Virus record (IMG/VR): IMGVR_UViG_3300020042_006736 | Location: 1-26,212 of that record | Source of the DNA: a virus | Taxonomy: Duplodnaviria > Caudoviricetes | Direction: 5' to 3' (one strand) | Length of the DNA: 26,212 nt | Shown here: positions 24,503-26,212 of the stretch, one piece after another | Numbering within the stretch: position 1 is the stretch's first letter | How the letters are laid out: every line of letters begins with the position of its first letter | Notes under the pieces: generated by a model | Seen by the model: only the letters and a program-made list of their open reading frames with translations | Database searches by the model: none | What the model was told of the DNA's origin: nothing | Translations under genes and position numbers: made by a program

Positions 24503-24913
24503 ATGAGCGAACAAGAATTTACTGGCAAGGTAAGCCAGATGAAAAAGGACAACAAGTTCCTAGCAAGTGAAGACTTTATCGGACTTGGCGAAATCGAATT
24601 AATTATCAGCGGAATTTACGCGCATGACAACGAAGTAATGCAGGACGGCAAAAAGAAATCATTTTTCAGCGTTGGATTTAACGACAAGCCAAAGCGGATG
24701 GTGCTTAACGCCACCAACCGCAAGACGCTGGCTATGGCATACGGCGCAGATACTAAGAACTGGATCGGCAAGGCTGTAATCTTATACGCCAAGGACGGAA
24801 TCAGGAATCCAGCAGGCGGCGACACGGTTTATGGATTGCGGCTAAAAGTTAAGCAGACCGCAAAAAGCACAATCAAGCCATTCGCAACAGAACAGGAAGG
24901 AGCAGAGCAATGA
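24503..24913 (+). CDS. Conserved phage protein, possible ssDNA-binding or annealing partner of YqaJ
   Basis: KRMVLNATNRKTL...YG.....WIGK.V.LY pattern, translationally coupled to the exonuclease. Confidence 0.5.
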   Translation: MSEQEFTGKVSQMKKDNKFLASEDFIGLGEIELIISGIYAHDNEVMQDGKKKSFFSVGFNDKPKRMVLNATNRKTLAMAYGADTKNWIGKAVILYAKDGIRNPAGGDTVYGLRLKVKQTAKSTIKPFATEQEGAEQ

Positions 24914-25662
24914 TTATTATCGACACACCGCAAGGCTCAATCGACTGGATCACGGCGAGGCTATGGCGTTTGACTGGATCAGCGTTGAAAGCGAATATCA
25001 CGGCGACAGGCGCGTTGTCGAAGTCACAAGCGGCCATTGCTGCAATCGACAAGATCATCGCCGGACTCGACGCGGCAAACGAGATTCGCACGAATCCCGA
25101 CGCGATTGCCGGACTTGACGACTACGAGGTTCAAGAATGGCTTAGTCATTACACAGGCGAGAAATTCAGCGGCAACAAACACACGCGCCGCGGAAATGAT
25201 CTGGAGCCGGATGCGCTAGCAGCATTGCAAGAAAAGATCGGGATGCAAATCGACCCAGTGGGCATGTGCATCATGGGTGACGATCCAAACGGGGTGGTTT
25301 CCTGCTCGCCAGATGGATTGATTTACAATGACGGGATACTAACGGCAGGCGCGGAAGTTAAATGCCCGACGTTGGCAACGTATTACGGCTATCTGGCCGA
25401 CGGTGGACTGCCGGATGAATACAAGCTGCAAGTTCATGCTTCAATGGTAATCTGCGAGGTTGACGAATGGCATTTTGCCGCGTATTTTCACAGAAAGCCG
25501 CTATTTCACCATCTGGTGAAAATGGATGGTTTTACTGAAAAGCTTGGCGACTCATTGCAAGACTTCCGCCAAATGTATGAAGAACGGTTTTGGAAGATTT
25601 CCAGCGTTATGAAGGAACTTAAACAGAACAGCCAAGCACAGGAAGGCGAAAGCCTTTCCTGA
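24910..25662 (+). CDS. YqaJ / lambda-exonuclease-family recombination nuclease
   Basis: QGSIDW..AR...LTGS, RGNDLEP, SCSPDGL, EVKCP and Y.LQV motifs. Confidence 0.9.
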   Translation: MIIIDTPQGSIDWITARLWRLTGSALKANITATGALSKSQAAIAAIDKIIAGLDAANEIRTNPDAIAGLDDYEVQEWLSHYTGEKFSGNKHTRRGNDLEPDALAALQEKIGMQIDPVGMCIMGDDPNGVVSCSPDGLIYNDGILTAGAEVKCPTLATYYGYLADGGLPDEYKLQVHASMVICEVDEWHFAAYFHRKPLFHHLVKMDGFTEKLGDSLQDFRQMYEERFWKISSVMKELKQNSQAQEGESLS

Positions 25663-25677
25663 TGCGACCTGTTCAAA
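25623..25677. mobile_element. attC-like recombination hairpin, site 3 (solitary)
   Basis: AAC(25627)-N6-GCA-CAGGAA-GGC-gaaa-GCC-[T]-TTCCTG-[A]-TGC-N5-GTT(25671). Compensatory change relative to site 2. Confidence 0.78.
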
Positions 25678-25681
25678 CTTT

Positions 25682-26077
25682 ATGACAATCATTCTTCCAG
25701 TCAAACTAACAAACGGCAACACCGGACGCGGAAACGCGTGGTATATGTCGGCGGCATTTCGAGACAAAGTAGAAAAGAAACTGCGCAAACTAGGACTAGC
25801 AAGATCACCGTTTACAATGCCGGTAACGGTTACGGTAACGCGCATTTTAGGCAAGGGCGACCGGCTATGGGATTCGTCTTCAATCTTGCGCGGTAATTAC
25901 AAAGAATTGGAGGATAGTTTAGTTGCAATCGGCTGGTTTGTTGACGATTCTACAAAGCACATTGCATGGACTAACGGACGGCAAGACGACACCCGGCGCG
26001 ACAAAGGGCCATCCGTGGAACTTGAGATTTTACCTTATTTTGCAGACGATAGCAAACTTGACAATCAACCGGAATGA
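25682..26077 (+). CDS. RusA-like Holliday junction resolvase
   Basis: R.WD.....K.LED.LV..G...DDS acidic-residue pattern. Confidence 0.65.
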   Translation: MTIILPVKLTNGNTGRGNAWYMSAAFRDKVEKKLRKLGLARSPFTMPVTVTVTRILGKGDRLWDSSSILRGNYKELEDSLVAIGWFVDDSTKHIAWTNGRQDDTRRDKGPSVELEILPYFADDSKLDNQPE

Positions 26078-26085
26078 TGCAACAT
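26058..26085 (+). promoter_or_regulatory. Putative promoter for the next transcription unit
   Basis: TTGACA(26058)-16 nt-CAACAT(26080), directly ahead of structured leader copy B. Confidence 0.5.
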
Positions 26086-26091
26086 TGGCGC

Positions 26092-26212
26092 GTCGAAAGA
26101 CATATCACACGACCAACGTGATAACAAAATCAAACAGCTTACCCGCCATTAGGCGCAGTTCTATTTGCTCTCAGGAGCATGTAGTTGGTCACTGCGAATG
26201 ATGGCGGGCTTT
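26092..26212 (+). ncRNA. Structured cis-regulatory leader, copy B (predicted loop-bulge pseudoknot)
   Basis: Two small hairpins, an A-rich linker, and a long hairpin at 26142-26208. Loop GACCAA(C) at 26111 is complementary to bulge (G)TTGGTC at 26184-26190. Confidence 0.6.

Noticed and set aside
214-25854. Numerous minus-strand and alternative-frame ORFs in the track
   Set aside because: They overlap well-supported plus-strand genes and show no recognisable motifs, so they are treated as shadow ORFs.
1-26212. tRNA genes, integrase, or stop-codon reassignment
   Set aside because: None was recognised. Genes tile densely under the standard code with all three stop codons in use.

Overview
This is a 26.2-kb, all-plus-strand segment of a tailed dsDNA phage or prophage with a lambda-like head and a non-contractile tail. 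The order is: 3' end of a GpA-like terminase, an inserted ATP-dependent DNA ligase and small ORF, head genes (adapter, portal, ClpP protease with nested scaffold, capsid), glycosyltransferases, neck and tail genes (lambda-type GGGAAAG -1 frameshift, short tape measure, fibre), a lysis region, a phosphoesterase, an HNH endonuclease, and an early recombination block (SSB-like, YqaJ, RusA-like). Five observations stand out. (1) Three attC-like hairpins share identical geometry, are inverted relative to the genes, and two bracket a cassette-like ORF; no integrase is visible. (2) Two sequence-unrelated leaders share one predicted RNA loop-bulge pseudoknot architecture. (3) Several sigma70-like promoters carry a CTAAC/GTTAG motif and often have very short leaders. 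(4) A membrane-anchored stand-alone PAS protein is coupled to the holin. (5) Glycosyltransferases sit among the virion genes. All calls come from visual motif recognition and gene order; no database searches were run. The host is probably a diderm bacterium (lipoprotein and spanin-like genes, Shine-Dalgarno-poor A/C-rich leaders), but its identity is not established.
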